A stretch of 64,000 nt of DNA from Octopus sinensis (GCF_006345805.1 NC_043001.1:95604001-95668000), one strand, 5' to 3'; shown: positions 25,970-39,622, counted from the first letter of the stretch. Numbers and translations: made by a program. The notes: generated by a model not told the origin, from the letters alone.

Positions 25970-27796
25970 TAGTTTTATTTTTATAGTGTGCTTTCACTTC
26001 ACTACTGAGCGCAACTCTGTGTGCCTTGGGTATGTGCTGTGATTTGTTGTGATACTGTGATGGTTATTGTATGGAAAGTGTTCTGCGTAGGATGTGTGCG
26101 GTGCCTAGTAGTGCAATTTTCCGTATGTTATATGTGTTTGTAAGTCCTGGTGTTTTTGTTACGTGTTTTTTATCATGCTTAATGCACCTACTATGATAGG
26201 AATTGTTTCTGTTTTTAGATTCCACATTCTGGTTACCCCTATTTCCAGGTCTTTGTATTTTGAAAATTTCTCCATTTCTTTTAGAGACACGTTGTCATTT
26301 GCCGGTATTGATACATCAATTAGAAAGCAATGTTTTTCTTCATGATCTCTGACAACTATATCTGGTCTGTTGGCCTTAATTTCTCTATCTGTGTGTATCG
26401 GCACATCCCAGAGTGTGGTTGCTTTCTCGTTTACTGTGACCTTTTCTGGTGTGTGCCTATACCATCTTTTTTCTGTTGTTATTCCATAATGTTGGCATAG
26501 CTTCCAATGTATGTAGGTTCCAACTCTGTCATGTCTGTGAATATATTCCTTCTTAGCCAGGACTGGGCAGACAGAGATAATATGATTTATGGTTTCTTGT
26601 CCATCTCCACATATTCTCCAGTTACTTGTTATATTTCTTTTCATTACATGTTTTTGGTGCTGCAATTAAAAATCTCCCTGTCTCTGCTTTGAGTCCTGAG
26701 CTTCTCAACCATTGCTGGGATTTTTCTTTGTCTATTTCTTTTCTATTTAATTTAGTCCAGTATTTACCATGAATGGGGCTTTTCTTGCCATCATTTTATT
26801 ATGGTTCTTTGCTGTTCTAGTTTTAGTTTGGATTTCATTTGTTTTATACCTTTTGTTATTTCTTCTTCTTTTTCTTCTTCTTCTTCTTCTTCTTCTTCTT
26901 CTTCTTCTTCTTCTTCTTCTTCTTCTTCTTCTTCTTCTTCTTCTTCTTCTTCTTCTTCTTCTTCTTCTTCTTCTTCTTCTTCTTCTTCTTCTTCTTCTTC
27001 TCTTCTTCTTCTTCTTCTTCTTCATATTTGTTAGATGGTATGATTTCTTGTTTGTATTTGTCAGCTTCCTTCAATAATGAGAACAGTTTTTTGTTTTGCT
27101 CGTGTTTTGCAGCTATTTGTATCAGGTTTCCCTCTTTCTGAAGTAGATATTTTTGCAGTCCTATGGTGGTTATTTTATTGTAGTTTTCCAACTGTATAAG
27201 GCATCTACCACCTTCTATACGTTGTATATATAGTATTACTATGTCAGATTTTTGGTGATGCATCCTAGATCCTGTCATTATTTTTCTTGTTTTCCTATCT
27301 ATTTTGGTCAGTTCATTTAGTGTCCAGTAAAGGATATTGTAGCTGTAACTTATAACTGGGGCAGCTAAAGTGTTAATACCTATTATCTTGTTTTTAGTAT
27401 GGGCTCTGTTTTTAGTATTGATCTAACTCGTCTATAATATTCTTTTTTTTTATTTTCTCTTTCATTTGTGTGCGTTGTGTCTTATCTAGTTCATGGATTC
27501 CTAAGTATTCGTAAGTTTGGCTTTGGTCTAATTCTTTTATTTCATTGGTTTTATCTAGTGTGATGTTGCTACTCTTAACTAGTTTTCCTCTTTTCATGGT
27601 TACTTTGGCGCATTTTTCTAATCCAAATTTCATATCTATTTCTTTGTTAAATCCATGAACTGTCTTTAATAGTGTTTCCAGCTGTTTGTCATTTGCAGCG
27701 TATAGTTTTAATTCATCCATATATAAAAGGTGGCTGATCGTTTTGCCGTAACATTTATATCCGCATCCAGTACTATTTAGCATATCAGATAGAGTT
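25966..27796 (-). mobile_element. 5'-truncated R4/Dong LINE of a second family
   Basis: HLLYMDELKLY, FGLEKCAK, RICGDGQETINHIISVCPVL, ANRPDIVV, IDVSIP, KYKDLEI, ending LLGTAHILRRTLS. The 3' UTR differs from the element at 21680-25910. Confidence 0.9.
26858..27023. repeat. (TTC)n / (GAA)n trinucleotide tract (about 50 units) inside the LINE ORF
   Basis: Direct reading. Confidence 0.95.
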
Positions 27797-27799
27797 ATA

Positions 27800-27876
<77 letters not shown>

Positions 27877-27878
27877 CG

Positions 27879-27989
27879 TTCAGTAGTTTTATTTTTATAG
27901 CGTGCTTTGACTTCACTACAGAGCGCAGCTCTGTGTGCCTTAGGTATGTGCTGTGATTTGTTGTGATGCTCTGATGGTTATTGTATGGA
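27879..27989 (-). mobile_element. Short 3'-end fragment of the second R4/Dong family between (TAA)n tracts
   Basis: cagtagttttatttttatagcgtgctttgacttcactacagagcgcagctctgtgtgcc matches 25966-26075. Confidence 0.85.
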
Positions 27990-28010
27990 CAGTTATTATT
28001 ATTATTATTA

Positions 28011-28047
<37 letters not shown>

Positions 28048-28099
28048 TTCATTATTATTATTAACCCCGGCAACATTTGAATTTATCCAACCAAAATAT

Positions 28100-28280
28100 T
28101 GCTTTCAAAACTTGGCACAAGACTAGCAATTTAAATAAATACATATAAGTGGTGAAGGTGAAACCCGAAAGTATAAAGAGAACGTCGACCTTTGTGGAAC
28201 TTAAAATTGGAAGCGATAGACGAACAAAATGATAATTAGAATTTTGCCCCGAGAGCTATCGATTCTACCAGCTGGTCCCC
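28100..28280 (-). mobile_element. Decayed copy of the SINE family at 39921-41686
   Basis: acccgaaagtataaagagaacgtcgacctttgtggaact...ttttgccccgagagctatcgattctaccagct aligns loosely with the 41570-41686 copy. Confidence 0.5.
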
Positions 28281-28860
28281 ATAATGAGTCATCTGATAGA
28301 GTTTTTGCAAATTCTAATTGACACAAAAAGAGAAATTTACGAAATGTATTTCTTGGTCAAACGTTGATAGGCGTGTTGGTATTATTCTCTAATTATTTTA
28401 AAGAATAAAAAGTTTAAATACATGAAAGATTATATAAATGGGTGAAATATGGATTTATTTTAAATCTTGCCGCAAGTTATGTGAAAAGTGTTTAAACACT
28501 GCAATTTAATAAAAATGTTTTTACGTATTGAAACCTAGCACGACGCATATACATTAATGAAACAGAAATTCTTTTTACTTGTATAAATTCCAACGGTCGT
28601 TTTAGTGTCTAACAATTCACAATAATATTCTGCCGAAAGATATATTATTAATTCATTGCTAAAACTACCGCCTGAATAACAATCCCACTTCAGTATTTCT
28701 CTGTTGTAAAAGTGAATATATAACTGCTTTCGAACGATCAAGAACAAGTTCAGTATGTATAACTTGGTAGGAAGTTGAACAAATTGACATCTAGAAAAGC
28801 AGTGACATATATATGTATATATATTTACGAGCATGTGTTTTGCATGTGTGTTACTCTCTT

Positions 28861-28899
<39 letters not shown>

Positions 28900-29084
28900 G
28901 TTCGCCATGGTAGAACGCTAGCCACTACACATTCTTTATTTTATCTCCTTGTTTCTGTCTGTGTTCTTTTCTGTGGAAGAGCGTAGGCTCGAAACGTTAA
29001 AGACTGTTTCACTACCCGGGCGTTATGCTAATATATTTGTCTTCGTCTTTTGTCTTTTTGTGAATTCTCCCAATATATATATAT

Positions 29085-29137
<53 letters not shown>

Positions 29138-29340
29138 GCATGTATGTATGTAATGTATGTATGTATGCATAGTTGATCTCTAGAGAAAAACAAAAATCGA
29201 AGACGGTTGTATGAACAACAAATGTATTATTTGGACGCTCGGGAAAAAGGGAAAAGGATTTTATGCCTCGTGTCTACGCTCTTCAATAGAAAGGAATTTG
29301 AGGAAATAAACAAAGAGATAATGAAGAAACGAGTATCTTT
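28900..29340. mobile_element. Inverted pair of pseudo-LTR-type repeats around a (TA)n tract
   Basis: About 28930-29075 and about 29176-29330 are diverged reverse complements (gaagagcgtaggctc vs tgtctacgctcttc; gtgaattctccc vs agagaaaaacaaaaatcgaagac). Confidence 0.6.
28967..29002 (+). ncRNA. Hammerhead-like motif with variant core CUGUGGA
   Basis: tttt-CUGUGGA-a-gagc[gtag]gctc-GAA-acgt-t-aaag. Stems I, II and palindromic III are intact, but A6 is replaced by U. Confidence 0.55.
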
Positions 29341-29609
29341 CCTCAGTCCTGCATAGCGAGAGACTGGATGAAAAGGATGTTGAAAGAAAAGGAGATAATA
29401 ATAAAAAAAGAGGTTGAATTAAAGAGAGATAAAAACAGTAATAATGATTTCAACAAGACATGATGCGCGTGCCTGTGTATCTCTGAGAATAGTACAGGTG
29501 AGTGTATGTGAGATCGGAGCCTTGTAACAATTTAGGATTAATGTGTGAATTAAGCATTGGCTAACACTCACACACACACACACACCTGTACAATGTAAAT
29601 TAATATAGT

Positions 29610-29672
29610 GGCGAACACGGGGATGAACACAGAACCATGTAGTTGGTAAGTAAGCTACTTACTACACACGCA
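29610..29672 (-). mobile_element. SINE head fragment
   Basis: The reverse complement reads gtgtagtaagtagcttacttaccaactacatggttctgtgttcatcccc, matching the head of the 54956 SINE. Confidence 0.6.
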
Positions 29673-30151
29673 CACACACACACACATATATATAGCAATA
29701 AGAACAAATCACGTGCCTCTCATGATGTCAGCCCGTATTCCTGAGATATTTAAAGTGTAATCCAGACTATCCATGATCATTGGGTAAATCATGTTCAATG
29801 GATTCGTTTCGTAAGACGATGAACCAGTAAGGGATGTGTAATGGAGGGATGTTTACCTCTTTTTCTCCAGTGCAAAGTTAAAAGAGTGATAAATATCCGT
29901 TTCTTAAACATTCATTAATGTTATGTCGCCTGAAGAAATGAATTCATGAAGAGAATCTATGCGATGCCGACGGATACTACGGAATTCACTTTAATCATTT
30001 TAGAACTACGGACTGCCATCGTAAGAGACATTTGATGTAGTCTTTTTACTTATTATATATTACTTGGTTTATGTCTATCATTGTTTGAATTGCATAATAG
30101 TGTTTTTTTCTGTAATTATATATATACATATATATACATATATATGTATGG

Positions 30152-30228
<77 letters not shown>

Positions 30229-30727
30229 TATATATATATATATACATATATACTTATACACACACGCGCGCGCACACATACATGTACCATACGTGATTAC
30301 TGAGTGTAGGCAGTTTAGTGAGCTTTATGTTATAAAATACGCAAAAACAATAGGAAATCAGAGAATCATAGACGCATGACTGATTAGGAAGCAGAATTAG
30401 TTCGATTTCATAGCGCGTAAAGAAAACGTGGTATGAATGTACGCAGCATGCGTGCTACAGCATGTACTGTGCGTAGTTTTAGTACTGAAACTGAAAGAGT
30501 TCTAAATGCCTACCCAATCTACAAAAAATTAAGATATTTTGCATTTTATACATAGTAATCGGAGTAACGTTCATAATTTTATTGAACTAGCTGCATTATT
30601 GTCCATAAAAGGAAAATGTTACTATCGATATATTTTATACGGACTAGGCACTGCCTGCCATGCATACTCAGGCAGCACGTCCCTGATATACAAACACACA
30701 CATACACAAACACACACACACACACAT

Positions 30728-30792
<65 letters not shown>

Positions 30793-30828
30793 AATATATG
30801 TATTATATATTTAAGTATATATGTATAA

Positions 30829-30859
<31 letters not shown>

Positions 30860-30996
30860 ACAAATTAGAAAAAGCATCTTTTATTTTAACAATTGAAAAT
30901 GAACAATAAAATTACACCATTATATTTTATTTTGTGAAATTTGATTTAGTATTTCTAAATTGAATTTTTCCCTGTAACTTAGGAATAATATTCCCT

Positions 30997-31041
<45 letters not shown>

Positions 31042-31493
31042 TATATATATACATATATATAGTGAGAAAGCAAGAGAGACATACACACACACATATGACA
31101 AATATAAGTGTGTATATGTATGTGCGTATGGATGCGAAATAAGCCATTGTTTATTACAGATACATGCACATATTTTAAGCACCTACTGCTCTTTTGGCAA
31201 TAAAGTATTCCTAATATGAGATTCGCAATTCTTTGTATTTTTTTTCATTTACCCAACGTAAGTAAAGGTTAATCGATAGCAATAAGTTTCCGCTGTTTAG
31301 AGAAACCCAAATCTATTACATGAGTGGGCAATCGTAACATTTGAAGCTACGATATGTTTCTCCAATGATACAACCGAAATAAGCCTTTTGTTCGCAGATG
31401 TCTATACAATATAGAAATCTCTGCTTGATTGGAGCATAGTTAGTTTCGGCGTATTGAGAAACAAAATAGATATTTGAGGAAAATCTTCGTAGC

Positions 31494-31531
<38 letters not shown>

Positions 31532-31922
31532 AAAAGCAATAAAGATTCAAGTTAATTTAAATGAATTTACTTGAATATGGTACCTAACTTAGATGCACCA
31601 AAAAAACTATACGTTTTAACAATACAGTAATGTGGGGTGATTATAAGCGAGAAAGAAGCAACAGAATGGATAGGTTTTTAGTACAATCGTTTCATACAAG
31701 GACAGGCTTTATTAAAAGTTGTAAAAATTACAGCATATAAACGTGTCCCGTACTCATCAGCTAAAATACATGTGAGTTCTCTAGACATCCTAGTGGTTAA
31801 GGCTATACTCATGAAGTAATGAAGATAATTAAGTAACATAAACATATACAGATATCCAAAGTTCATTAAAGTTCTTTAAAGATGATGTACAGTCTTATCA
31901 CAGAATTTTAAAAAAGTTCTAA

Positions 31923-32222
31923 TAGCAACCCAGAGAAGGTGACCTAATCCATAGTGCACATATGAATTTCCAGAGATATGATGAGGGATTACATACTCAC
32001 AGAAGACAAATTTATCCATTGTTAATCACAACGAGGTGGGTCTCAATTCCTGCTTATTAGCATTACAGAGAGGGTGAATTAATCCTTTGTATAGATGCAC
32101 AATTTCCAATGGTGTAGATGTAAATTTCCAGAGAAATGAAGAGGAATTTCATATTCACAGGCGATAAATTTATCAATGGTTGAACACAATGAGGTAGGTA
32201 TCAATTCTTGTTATATGATTAG
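31923..32222 (+). repeat. Diverged tandem duplication with ~158-bp period
   Basis: aatttccagagatatgatgagggattacatactcacagaagacaaatttatcc vs aatttccagagaaatgaagaggaatttcatattcacaggcgataaatttatca. Confidence 0.8.
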
Positions 32223-32257
32223 GTATTTGCCACATTAATCATATTACTGCTATTTTG

Positions 32258-32333
<76 letters not shown>

Positions 32334-32354
32334 TATATATATTTATATATATAT

Positions 32355-35300
32355 ATGGTATATGGTATAACGGGAAAAAGCTGCCCTCACCTCCACCCCA
32401 AATACTCTCCTAAATACAGAGCCCATGGTCCTGATCCCAAATATGGATTCACAAAAGGCAATGGATACACCTTCTTCTATTCTAAACTGTGTCAAACGTC
32501 TGTGTCACTAAGGATGTGCCTGAACCCAGAATGCAACCACTACCATCTGAAGGGCACAAAACGATCGCAAAATAAACATAAACAGCCACAGAGGAAATCT
32601 ACAACAACAACAAGAACAAAATACAACCACGTTTCCCCTCCAACAATCAAACAACGTAGACAGAACCATGAAAATCCATAACACCAAATAACACCAACAT
32701 GAAATATGTATCCTCTGACCAAGTGCCAAACCAAAGAGGTAACTCTTTTTTAATGACTTACCTAGAAAATATGAAGGCCGACCTAAGCCAGGAGATCCAA
32801 CGAGCTATCAGCAACCACCTATGCAAATTACAAGGATCACACACCCACTACCAACAAGAAAATCATACACACACAGCTCCATATATGAACTACCCACATT
32901 GTTACCACTGAACAACATAAAACATAACTCAGAACAATGCAAACATCAAACTTCCCTTACCTCGACATTCCTGTTAAATGTACGTGGCATCAACCCATCA
33001 ATCATTGACCAAAAATGGAAGATCTCATATATTGAGAGTTGGCTTGCTGAAACGGCACATTGCTTCCCTTTCTTTATCCTTACCGAGACTCACCTGAACA
33101 ACACCCATATGGACGCCGAGGTGAGAATAAAATATTTCACCATTGTTCGTGCGGATCGTACAGACCGAAATAAGGGAGGGACAGCCTCTTTATCCATGAA
33201 TCCTTTTCACTTAATGTCAAGGATATATTTTCCAATGGCTACTGGGAATCGGTATCACTATTCAGCAAGGCCAAGGACATAATCATTGTTGGTCTTTACA
33301 GGCCTCCCCAAGAACCTCTAAAGTGCTTTGAAGACTCCCTTAGCAAAGTCAAGTCCTTCCTTCGGAAGTACCACTCCGGAAACCTACTAGTGATGGGTGA
33401 TTTTAACCTCCCTCATGTGAACTGGCCCACAAATACTCTGAAATTAGGCAAATGCTCTACATCAGATAGAGCAGCTCTTTAACCTAATGGATGAATACTT
33501 CCTGACTCAGCTAGTGCTCGAACCAACGAGACAGATTAAAATGATCTTGGATCTGGTATTGACCAATTACTCTAGCTTCGTTCACAGTATTTCAGTTGAA
33601 AAAACTCTCCTCTCAGACCACGACTTGGTACTCTGCAATTGTAATTCCCGACATATAAAAACTGAACCAGCCAATCCCACTCCATGGCACTCATTTGACA
33701 AAATAAACTTCCACAGAGCGGACTGGGGAGCAATCAGAAAGGATCTGTCTTTCATCGACTTGTCTTTTACTCTCAATTCCACCCATATTGAGACCGCCTG
33801 GCAGCACTTTGAAACATTGTCACCTATACATGCTCTAAATACGCTCCCACGAAATCTACTAACAAACAGAAACCGGCTCCCTAAAAAGAAAAAAACACTC
33901 ATCAGGGGCATCAGAAGACTCAAGAAAAAATCAACCAATTAAAATATTTCCACACACGACATCCACATGCAACAACAATGAAAAGGCTAGAGCTGGAAAA
34001 ACTTCATCTGCAGACAGACATGAAAACCTCCATTGAAAATCAAAGAGCTGTGGAGGAACAGTGGGTAATCAAAAACATCAAACAGAACCCAAAAGTGTTC
34101 TATTCTTATGCAAATAAGCATAGAATCACTATCCCACCCATTGGGCCATTAATTGATGATAACGGCATTCCCCAACACGATGCTAAAGAAATGGCAGAAA
34201 TACTGCAGAAACAATACTGCTCTGTCGTTAGTGTTCCCACTGATATTGACGTAAGAGAAGCGAACGAAGTTGACTCCCAAAATAAAATCTCAGACATAAC
34301 CTTCACTGCCACTGACATCGTAGCAGCAATAAATGAGGTCAAATACTACTCTACTGTAGGCCCTGATAGATTCCCCGCTAGTCTCCTGAAGGAATGTAGA
34401 CACCAACTTGCAGTCCCTCTGACCAACCTCTGGAGAAATTCGTTAGACGCAGGTTATATACCGAAACAGTTTCTTCCCCAGTCAGTCATCCCGGTTTTCA
34501 AACAGGGAAACAGATCCCTCGCAGTCAACTATCGCCCAATCTCACTCACCTCCCACATCATTAAACTGTTTGAAAGAGTGTTAAGATCAAGGATAGCTGA
34601 CTTCCTGGAGACCCACAAACTCCTAAATGCAAATCAGCATGGCTTTCGCTGTGACAGGGACTGTCTAACACAGCTCTTACACCACATTGAAGATGTACTC
34701 AAAGCCTTGGGAACAGGTTCGAACTCTGATGTCATATATCTTGACTTCAGTAAAGCGCGCGACAGGGTAGACCATAATATCCTACTCTCAAAATTGGCGA
34801 ATGTTGGTATCCGTGGAAAAGTTCTACATTGGATTAAGTATTTCCTGGCGAATAGAACACAACATGTTGTAGTTGATGGAGCCCAGCAAAAGTCGCCAGC
34901 GGTGTCCCCCAGGGAACTGTCTTGGGTCCGCTACTCTTCATAATTTACATAAACGACCTTTCCAGTGTCGTACATTACTGCAAAGTGAAAATATTTGCTG
35001 ATGACACTAAGCTCCAGCAAATCGTCAATGAAGAAGCAGACCGAACTCAACACCAGTCTGATCTATATGCTGTGAGTCAATGGGCAGACAGAAACAAAAT
35101 GCAACTGAACGAGGGGAAATTTGAGCTGATGCATTTTGGAAGAAATTCCTCACTAAACAGCCATACCCTCTTCCTTCAGGGGAACCGCTCACAGCCTCTA
35201 ACAGTATCAGAGACCTGGGTGTACTTGTTGATGACGATCTCAGTTGGAGTGCACACATCAACAAGATGGTCGATATAGCTCGTAGGATGAGTTCCTGGAT

Positions 35301-35975
35301 CTTAAGAACTTTCCGGTCCAGAGAACAAGGTGCCATCATACCACTTTTCTCCTTTGTACGGCCACACCTCGAATACTGCTGCCCACTGTGGTCTCCCCAT
35401 ACAAGACAAAACATCTCGAGGATTGAATCACCCCAGAGGGCACTCACAAAACGAATTGAAGGCATGGCTACTCTCGATTATTGGGATCGCCTTAAAGCCT
35501 TGAAACTCTACTCTCTCCAGCGTCGCCGTGAGCGGTACGTCATTTGTACGATGTGGAGAATATACCGACAACTTTGCCCAAACGACCTGAACATTAGCTT
35601 CAAGGTTCATCCAAGACAGGGACCACGGGCCATACGTCCCCTGCCCAATTCAAGATCACAGCTTACATGTACACTGCAACATAATTTCTTTTCCTCAACA
35701 GGCCCTGTCCTATTTAACATTGTCCCGGAAGAGATCAAAGAGGAAAAGGATCCCATCAACTTTAAAAGGAGTCTGGATAGATTCCTTCAAAGAATACCAG
35801 ATAAGCCACCCATTATTGGATACAACTCACCCAACAAAAACTCACTACTTGAATGGACCATAAACAAAACTTGACTTAAACAGGATTCGAATAATCCTAT
35901 CAGGTGGTGCTATTAAGTTACACATGGCCTGGACCAATCTTTGTTCGAAACATATCTAAGTTTATCTAAGTTTAT
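32355..35975 (+). mobile_element. CR1-type LINE (ORF1 C-terminus with CCCH-like fingers, APE, RT), frameshifted
   Basis: CPHLHPK...KLCQTS...CLNPECNHYHLK; LLNVRG, LTETHL, RADRTDRNKGG, GDFNLP, LDLVLTN, SDHDLV; NYRPISLTSH, QHGFR, YLDFSKA, GPLLFIIYINDL, FADDTK, RPHLEYCCPLWSP. Ends in short tatctaagtt repeats. Confidence 0.93.
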
Positions 35976-35992
35976 ATATACATTTATATTTA

Positions 35993-36495
35993 TACTAGCA
36001 GTATCGCCCGGCGTTGCTCGGGTTTGTAAGGGAAATAACTGTATAAGCATTTTTAGAGAGTTACTTCCTTTATAGATGCCAATTCGGGCTTTCTTAGCCA
36101 TTTCTGTTTTGGTGTCTCCAAGTCATGAAGTCGTTGTTCTAAAAGAACGCTGGTCTCCTTGACAACACATTACGACGTTGATTTCCTTAAACTCCCTTCC
36201 CAACAGCTTCACGAGGGAGGGAAGAAGGGTGAGAAGCAAACACAGGTGCAGGTGTTTGAGCGTGGACGCCAACTCCGCCGCCATCGACACACGAAAAATT
36301 ATGCATTAAAATGAAATAAAAAATTATGTTAAATTATTTTTAAAATCGTAGACTCATCGTAGACGCGCGCTAATAGCCAGATGGGCTCGATATTAATCAC
36401 GACTACAAGATACCCGAATTTGGTTAAACAGCACCGCAAAATGTGGGAGGAGTTAGGAATCTAAATCGTAGGAGACAGACACTCACACAACTACA

Positions 36496-36510
<15 letters not shown>
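35993..36510 (+). mobile_element. Non-autonomous Helitron/Helentron-like element
   Basis: Starts tactagcagtatcgcccggcgttgctcggg and ends ggaggagttagg...cagacactcacacaactacagttttatatata, the usual termini of small Helentron-associated/Lep1-like elements. No ORF. Confidence 0.6.
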
Positions 36511-36521
<11 letters not shown>

Positions 36522-36526
<5 letters not shown>

Positions 36527-37232
36527 TAATTATAATAAAGGGTTAATTACAGCAAGTTGCTCCAAACCACATACCGAAAATAATATTTCCTATAAATTAA
36601 TTATATTTCACCCTTTATGTGTATTGAATACTATTACTCCCATACAATGAATGTGCGAAACTTCGTTTCGTTGGTAATGTTTTTGTAACTCACGTGGTAA
36701 TTTTGGAGAGAGATACGAATTCGCTTGTCTATATAAATGTGGAGATGCCAGCGGACCGTTATATCGTTCGATGTCACTTGATCGAGTTGATGTAATGGGT
36801 GAGTTTTTTTCCTAGCATTTCTAGATTTGTAGGAAATAATATGTTGACAAGGAAATGAACTTTCGATTCTAATCCAGAAACGAATTCGTCCATAATTAAT
36901 CCAATAGGCTGGGATTTCGTTGTCTTCTTTCTCTTTACCATATACGGGTTACACATTCTGTTTGTTTTTTTGAATTATTGATTTTTCCAGTTTCAGCTCA
37001 TGAGCTGTGGGCATGTTTGTGGATACTTTTTTACTAGTAGTAGAAATAGTGACCTATTTGGCTGCTATTTCTAATATTTTCGGTATGTGGTTTTGAGCAA
37101 CTTGCTGCAATTAACCCTTTATTATAATTAATATAATCCTTACCAAATATGGTCATTTCCATACCGAAAATACTACTAGGTGGAATTTATTAATTTTATT
37201 AAATTAATTATATTTCACCCTTTATGTGTATT

Positions 37233-37235
<3 letters not shown>
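36522..37235. mobile_element. Element with ~60-bp inverted ends plus an internal direct repeat, in (TA)n
   Basis: 36522-36582 is inverted at 37075-37136. aaattaattatatttcaccctttatgtgtattg occurs directly at 36594 and 37201. Confidence 0.7.
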
Positions 37236-37307
<72 letters not shown>

Positions 37308-37309
<2 letters not shown>

Positions 37310-37586
37310 AAATAATATGTTACATTACTCGATAGTCAAGATAAAACTCCGAGTTCCAGATGCTGAAGTGGGAATTCACAACGTCATCTCTTCGGTTATC
37401 TGGCTATTTTCTTCGGCATCTGAAAGATTCAGCATCTTCGGCATCTTCGGCATCTTTGGATTCCCACTTCGGTATCTGACTATCTTGACTATCGAGTAAT
37501 GTAACATATTATTTTATAGATAAATTTCCTCTATTCACATAATATTGAGGCCTCTTTCTTTCTTTTGTTATCTTACCGTTTTACCA

Positions 37587-37587
<1 letters not shown>
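37308..37587. mobile_element. Miniature element with perfect 36-bp inverted arms and a 3' extension
   Basis: taaaataatatgttacattactcgatagtcaagata (37308-37343) is the exact reverse complement of 37481-37516. Inner second stem (cagatgctgaagtgggaatt / ttcccacttcggtatctg) and tcttcggca repeats. Confidence 0.8.
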
Positions 37588-37674
<87 letters not shown>

Positions 37675-38242
37675 AGCATTATTCTTAATTGAATTCTATG
37701 AGACAATTACTAATCGCAAACAATAATACCTATATAATCTATTGTTTCCTTTTTTTTGTGACATTTCATTAAAGTGTCTTCAGAAAATTATTTCCTGTGT
37801 ATAGTAGCATGTATATAAAAGGTCATCACCGAACGAAGGAGCGTTGTCATTGTATTGCTCTTGTAGGAAGCGGAAAATATGCAATATCACGTTTTATGTA
37901 GTTGCAATTCTTTTAAGACCAAAACAATGCAAAAATAATAGATTCGTCTCCATCTGACATTTTAGGATTTTATGGTTAGGTAACTTTAATCTGGAACTCT
38001 TTGTAGAAAAATACGTCATTAGTTGGTGCCCTAATATTGAAATATGAGTTTCAAAATTTCAACCAGAATGAATTTTTATAAATCCCATTTTTAGGATGAA
38101 GAAGAAAAAAGATATAGTGTATTATCATATATAGGTTATTGTCTTTGAAATTCTCATAGAGAAAATTAGTATATTCTATACGAATGGTGGTCGAATCAAG
38201 AAAGAAAGGATAGCCTTGGTCACATAGAAGGAAAGGAGAGAG

Positions 38243-38354
<112 letters not shown>

Positions 38355-38602
38355 GTATGTATGTATGTATATATGTATGTATGTGTATATAATAGTTATT
38401 AATCCTAAGTTACAGGGAAAAGAATCAATATTTAGAAATACTAAATCAAATTTCACACGATATAATATATATATATATAAAATTTAGAAAAAAAACACCT
38501 TTTATCAATTCAAAATGCACAATTAAATTACACCATCCAGAAAATTACATATAATAGAAATATTAAAATTAAAATAACAATAAAATACCAATGATTATGT
38601 AA

Positions 38603-38645
<43 letters not shown>

Positions 38646-39545
38646 TGTGTGTATATATATATATATATGTATGTATGTATATATGCATTATACACATATA
38701 TAAGAATATATACATATACCTTTGTTCATATGCCTATTTGTATGCGTGATTGTGCGCGCGCGCGTGTGCAATTATATATAGATTTCTAATGCATGTAAAC
38801 TTACTTAATTACGTTTTTCCGAAAACTATTTCAGAGAAAACTGAAACTGAAAATTTAAATGGAACCCAAATGCCTTTAGGTACAATCAATTCTATAGTTT
38901 AAAAAAACCCTTTATTCAAACGGCCATCACTCTAATACTTCTTTTGAATTATATATCGAAAATAATCCTATAGCAAAGATATCGAAATAATAAAACAGGA
39001 TATAATTGTCTGAGAGCCAAATTACATTAAATAACGCGCGAAGCATTGTCTTGAAATAGCGCTAACGTTGTAATTTCATTAAGAATTTTTTATTTTTCTT
39101 GGTAATATCTGCTTCCAATTTACAGCATATGTATGCTGTCACAAAATAGTCTACTAAATATTCAATTCTACAGGTTTACTATAATATATGCCACAGAGGA
39201 ATAATTAAGGTGCCGTATTCCTGCTTGTTTAATGTACATATATGTGTGTGAATGTGTGAGTGTATGTGTGTGTGTCTGAGTGCGTGCGTGCGCTCGCATG
39301 TGTTTATCTGCGTATGGCTGACTATAATTTTTCAGCTAACAAAATCGTATTCCCTTAATACACTATAATTGAATAATTCAATAAAATATTTCATGCAGTT
39401 ATTTATAATTATCTTACAAATAATATCTTTCTAAGAATACAGTTTAAATAATATTACTAATGCAGGCACATAAATACTCTCTTTTCCTTATATATATATA
39501 TGAATACATATATATATATATGTATATGCAAACACACACACACAT

Positions 39546-39622
<77 letters not shown>

